Below are positions 58,900 to 64,000 of a stretch of DNA of 64,000 nt, piece after piece. The position numbers and the translations under genes are program-made. The notes under the pieces are model-generated. The model was not told where the DNA came from and ran no database searches. It saw only the letters and a list, made by a program, of their open reading frames with translations. Each line of letters begins with the position of its first letter. The stretch's first letter is position 1. Origin of the DNA: Albugo candida (Eukaryota); contig JBDOQK010000042.1 in assembly GCA_040437565.1 (NCBI GenBank), forward strand, positions 124,001 through 188,000. Reading direction: 5' to 3'.

Positions 58900-60300
58900 G
58901 ACTGCAACAACAAGGGCAAGTGCTCATCCGTACCGATATCTTTCTATGCTTGTTGAGGCAGAGTACGATGACGGTCAGCGGGGTCAAGGCTTATTCAAGA
59001 TTTCAGGAAAAAGCGCGCGGAAATTATTTCGAAAGAGGAGCTCGGCGGATTCAGCAAAATGCGTACCAGATATTGGTATTAATACAAGGTACGGACGAAA
59101 GAAACAACCGAAATCGGAGACTTCTCAGAGTCATCAAGTTGCTTCTTTTCGTTGTAAACTTTTTGGAATAACAAGTGTGGTGAGTTTCTATTGACATTCA
59201 GCACATCGTTGGGTCTAAATACATATAAACTGTCACGCTGATTGCGTTTTCAAGCTCTCAAAATGCACGAATCGTGAATATAGCTGTCAAGGAATCTAAT
59301 GAGAAAATATTACTCATCATTGGAATACAGCTGTCGTCAATTGAATGTTGTTTTACTTCTGCATCGACAACAACTGAAAATTTTGGATAGAGCATTGCGG
59401 TCATACACAATTCGACAAAATCTCGTTGAGAGCGAATCTGCTTATACAAATGAGAAGGTCGAAAAATAAGCCCCAGTGTGCGTAAAGTATGCATGCGTTT
59501 TATTGCACGAAGCAGATGTTTAGCCGTGGATAATGTATCTCAAGGAAGGAATCTATTGGCATACAACGACGACGTAGTATTGCATAAGAGTGGTATCCGT
59601 AGGAAATTCTATATGTGCCGAACACCTTACTTCTTATGCACTCGAATCGACTTACTATCATGAGCTTGTCGCAATACAGAGATTTAGTCAAGGATCTTTT
59701 TTTCTATGACAATGCCTTACACATCCCGACCACTCGCAGCAACATTCAGAGTTGCTTACTGTCCGAATTTTTTCAGGAATTTCATATTGCTTCATATACA
59801 ACATCACCTTGGAATTGGAAATTCTCTACAAGTCATTATCACGCCGGGTCGCGCTGATGCAACAGATAATCGATTGCGAGCGTAAAAGTTTTGCGTCAAA
59901 TCTAAGGATTGCCTGAACCAATTTTTGTAACTTGAAAAACGGATCTGGAAGCTTCTTCCACTGATATTGTCCAGCTTCCATACGACCATATTACAGGTGA
60001 ACTATGGCCGCCTGCCAATCAAAGGAATCATAATCTTATGATTTTGACAACCGAGTAATTCCTACTGTACAATTGTGGCCAAGAAAATGTTGTCGCATGT
60101 GTTAGCTGTATGGTACAGTACTCAACAGTTTTTTTTGTGCTCCCCAAGAGACATGGCCATGGTTCGGCTATATCTGGATGACGCAATATCACAGGAATGT
60201 CATTCAACATGTATCAAGACTGCAACTTAACATTATGCTTTCAACGAAGCGACAGGCCCCTTTACTCGAGATTGGTGTTTCCATTATGCAGTGAGGGTAC
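58900..60300 (+). pseudogene. Decayed paralogue of 54270-56440
   Basis: Shared nucleotide blocks with 55770-56072; broken ORFs. Boundaries approximate. Confidence 0.35.
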
Positions 60301-60344
60301 TGATTCGAGTCTCTACGCGCGCAATGGATGATGGATAAGACTTA

Positions 60345-62000
60345 AATAATAAAAAATAAAACAAAATTTATTTTTTCACGAAAAATGAGATCTCCTATAG
60401 TGAAGTTTTCTTCAACTCAAAGCTTTTGCGTCGCCTTTACACTTCCTTTCCGCGCGCGCTCTCTGGTCATTCGTTAATAACTTTTGCTACGTAACCGGGG
60501 AACTGTCAGATAAATAACGCGCTTCATTTGCTCAGAAACAATTTTTTAAAAAAATATTTAAATTAAATAAAAACCCATCGGTATTATTAATCTATTAATT
60601 TTTTTAAAGAAATATTTAACTTTTTTATTCCAATTATAAAATAACATATATATAGGGGTTATAAAAAATATACACCAAGATAAATGNNNNNNNNNNNNNN
60701 NNNNNNNNNNNNNNNNNNNNNNNNNNNNNNNNNNNNNNNNNNNNNNNNNNNNNNNNNNNNNNNNNNNNNNNNNNNNNNNNNNNNNNCCTTGGTACATTTT
60801 TATTATTATTCAATCTTGTGGTATTTTTATTTTATTTTTCATTTATCTTGGTTTATATTTTTTATAACCCCCATATATATATGTTATTTTATAATTGGAC
60901 GTCCGTTAAAGGAACTAACCAAACATTTCACAACACGGAGATATCGACATAATACAAAGCACATTCTCAGATCAAGAAGATGGCGAAGATGGAGACGCAG
61001 GCAGCGCACTAAAATTAAATTTAATATGATTAAAATAAATAACATATTTAATTTTAAAAGAAAAAATTTATTAAATTTTTTTGAATTCAAAAATGATTTT
61101 TTTCAATTTAAAGATTTATCTTTTTTTTCGTTGTGCAATGTATTGTTTTACGTCCATTCACTTTCGTAAAAATTAAAATTAATAACAAAATAATTAATAA
61201 ACCAATCTGCGAACTGATTTTCTCAGAAAATGAGACGATTCTCTGATCCAACGCGTAGGCGCATCAATCTAAATACTTGAGAAATCGTCGAGAGTTGAAG
61301 GTGCAACGATCGCTGGATTTCGTCCACCTTCTAAAGGTTTTTTAACTGATTTTCAAGCTAAAAAATTAATTCAGTCGGATGTTGGATTCTCCAATTATCC
61401 TTTACGAAAAGATTTCCATTTACATAGAGTCGCATATAAATGATCAAATCGTATCGGAGACGAATGCGTTGAAGAAAACTCACAATGGACGAATTGAGCC
61501 ATTTGATCACGTCCACGATATTAATTTAAAATTTAAATTAAAAAATTTTGGTTTGAATTCTTTAACGAATGGTCTTCATCTCCTCCTCCATAAAATTATT
61601 GAATGATGTGACCAAGTAATAGTTGCACCTGATGTTTTGAAATATAATTTTTATTGATTGACGCATTTCCTACACACGTGCTACAATGGTAATTACAATG
61701 AGATTTTGTATAAAACATTGAATTTTTTTCTTCTAAAATTTTTGTGACATCAGTAATATCATAGAAGGTTTTTATTGTGAGATGCGGATTCTTTGTAGTT
61801 AGACGGAAAGACCCCGTGAACAGAGCACTTCCATGTGAAGAATTTGCGGTTAATAATTTTAAAAATAGAATTTATATCAATTATGTTAATAATTATTTAT
61901 GCGCGCAAGAATCGACTAGATTACCCTCTCAAATGTCATAATCATCCTAAGAAGAAATTTCGAAATTTATTTTCATTTTTAAGTCTGAAATTAATTCACG
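60345..62000. other. Mosaic nuclear insertion of mitochondrial DNA (NUMT)
   Basis: Abrupt very AT-rich tract containing short fragments: SSU rRNA (-) 60911-60949, nad9 DVGFSNYPLRKDFHL (+) 61378-61422, cox3 TSGATITWSHHSII (-) 61594-61635, SSU rRNA CTACACACGTGCTACAATGG (+) 61670-61689 and LSU rRNA TAGACGGAAAGACCCCGTGAAC (+) within 61777-61821. Confidence 0.85.
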
Positions 62001-63497
62001 CGGAAAGAGGATAGTACACACCTCCATACTTCAGCGCGTAGTCGCTATGATGCGAATCAGATTTTTATGCAAATCACAGAGTAACGTACAGATTTTTGGC
62101 ATGTAACGTCACGGCAACGGTCGGCCGTGCCAATCGATTTTTTTTGACTTGACAGATATTTTGTACATTATAGAAGCAGTCAGGCACAAGCGAAAGCTAG
62201 AGCTCTCTCAACGGGACTCAATGCCGCTGCGTGAGCGCTTTCAATAATTCTAATAACGCGCTCTACATGCATGTGACTGTGTTTGCTTGCACGTTGCTTC
62301 TAGTTGAATATTTTAAGAATCTGTCCGATTTAGCAAAAGCGCATCCTTTTTGTAAGGTTGCGCGTGCTGTGTTGTATTCGCAAATTCATAATTGTAATTG
62401 CACTTCCACAACATATTGCAGGGCATATCGACTAAGCTCTTGACCTTATCCTCATCAATCCCGATGTGAATATGATTTCTTCTAATGAATGGCTTTCCGA
62501 GATATTTCTAGATATCGGTACAAGGTCTCTTTCTAAATTTTCTAGATGACTGATTTTAAAACAAGATAATACACGTACGTTTTTAACAAATAAATGAGAG
62601 GAGGGTCTATCAAGCTATCGACGAAGCTGTAGTTTGGATTACTTGAGGGAGGATTTGTGCATGACAAATCACGACGAAGACAGAACAGTGCGCAAAACAC
62701 CAGGCGGTATAATCAGACTTTCCTACGGACTTTCCGCCGATCTATTTGATAGATTGTGAGTCTCTTGATGAAGCAATGGTAAGAGATCTTGATGCTTTAC
62801 TCTCGCGTTTTGATCCAACAGGATAAATCATGTGTGCGCTTTCTGTTATATACTCCACCAGAGAAAATAGGTCGCATATACAATGACTCAGTTCGAACAG
62901 CTGTTTCGTTGAGGTCATAAGTGCGAACGCACATTGTCTGACGCCATAATCAAGGTGCTGGTTTACCAGATTGATGTGAGCTACCAGATGGGATAGTCGT
63001 GTAATTCCTTTCCCACAACTCCTTTTCTAGTGTTTTGGCAAGCATTCAAGAGAATGCGGTTGGATTGCTGGTAGCGACTCCAAAAAGCCAGTCATTTGAT
63101 CACATGAATGAAATCGTCAAATTCAGCTACTGACTTACAACCGAGCACAATGGGAAAAGCACCGCAAACGAAGAAAGTGCGAAGATGATGTAATTAGCTA
63201 TTTTGTATGCGTGCGTATCGTTGGCAATCTTGCACTCCCAGTCATATTGCGTATCATTTACGATAGTATGTGCGCACCCATACGATAGAGCTCTTCCATC
63301 AGGAGGAAATGAGAGAATAAGAGGAGTGTGTAATCGGAACTCATCATCCAGATGCAATTTGAAAAAAAAGAAACGTTTGCCGATGTTTGGTTACTCGGGT
63401 GAGTCTGTGGTGAGCTTTTATTGCATTCCACTCAAGACAGGCAATTGAATGTGCTGCTTTTTCAATAGCCGATCGAACGGCTAAGGGGATAGAGCTC

Positions 63498-64000
63498 AGT
63501 TGAAATGTGTCTATATTACTAGAATTAGACAAACTGAGTTCTCTAGTTGCCTAGGCTATCTTAAATACCATATATACGTATGAAAAACGTTTCGTGAAAT
63601 ACCTGTGAGAGATGATAAGATGTCGTCTCGTTGATAATCCCGTATCGTAGTAGCCTCAGCATCCTTAATACGAGACTGTATCCCGCTTGTAAATGCTGTA
63701 AATGCTGTAAGGCTGTAAAATTGTAAAAACGGTCCCAAAGTACCGTGGATTGCAAATTGGTATGCGCCACACTAGGCAGAATAATGCCATCCAACTAGGA
63801 CTAGAATCTGAGTTGCACTTGTATTTGACTAGTTTGTGCCGTATCCGCAGTAATGATCTTCGGCTTCTGAAAAATCCACCAAATGATCCTTGCGTTGCGA
63901 GTTGATCCAGCACCTTGCGAGTCGAATGCGTTCGTCTTGGTCGTAACACTGTCTTCGATAGTACCGAACGTGCGCACTAAACGTGGTGTAGATCACGGAA
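63498..64000 (-). mobile_element. 3' end of another copy of the L1/Tx1 LINE family (continues beyond the window)
   Basis: Reverse complement aligns with 3563-3993 (KVLDQLATQGSF...FFRSRRSLL and the same terminus). Confidence 0.9.

Noticed and set aside
61670-61821. rRNA-like segments as functional rRNA genes
   Set aside because: Only 20-45-bp fragments within a NUMT mosaic.
1-64000. CRISPR arrays, prokaryotic operons, tRNA genes
   Set aside because: None seen; the window is intron-containing eukaryotic DNA. A tRNAscan-SE/Infernal run would be needed to exclude small RNAs.

Overview
Eukaryotic nuclear DNA from a draft assembly with many fixed 100-N gaps, most flanked by unmerged overlapping sequence. 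It is almost certainly an oomycete, and Albugo-like by inference: compact genes, 51-70 nt GT-AG introns, an INR-FPR core promoter, an oomycete-type PDR transporter and the flagellum-associated TEX47 homologue. Genes sit at 6.9-11.5 kb (PAH-domain protein, TRM11) and in two dense blocks. The first block (17.4-27.4 kb) holds two paralogous Cys-rich type I membrane proteins, a BTB-BACK protein, a Cys-rich type II membrane protein, an RWP-RK factor, a membrane-anchored penicillin V acylase-like Ntn hydrolase, an MGSYLT-family protein and TEX47. The second block (42.3-52.6 kb) holds a second MGSYLT-family protein, a CobW/COG0523 GTPase lacking CxCC, two tandem Pmp3 genes, an A20/AN1 protein, an ICME-like esterase and an ABCG/PDR transporter. 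A spliced small secreted CxGGxC-repeat protein lies at 57.4-57.8 kb. Gene-poor stretches contain decayed L1/Tx1 LINE, Mutator (one with intact TIRs and a 9-bp TSD), Copia and Tc1/mariner elements, decayed Cys-motif gene paralogues and a scrambled mitochondrial insertion. The most notable points are the surface-anchored PVA-type amidase, an inverted segmental duplication bracketing most of the first gene block, the uncharacterised MGSYLT hydrophobic-hairpin family, tail-less tandem LINE 3' ends and the mosaic NUMT. All family assignments are by motif recognition only; no searches were run.
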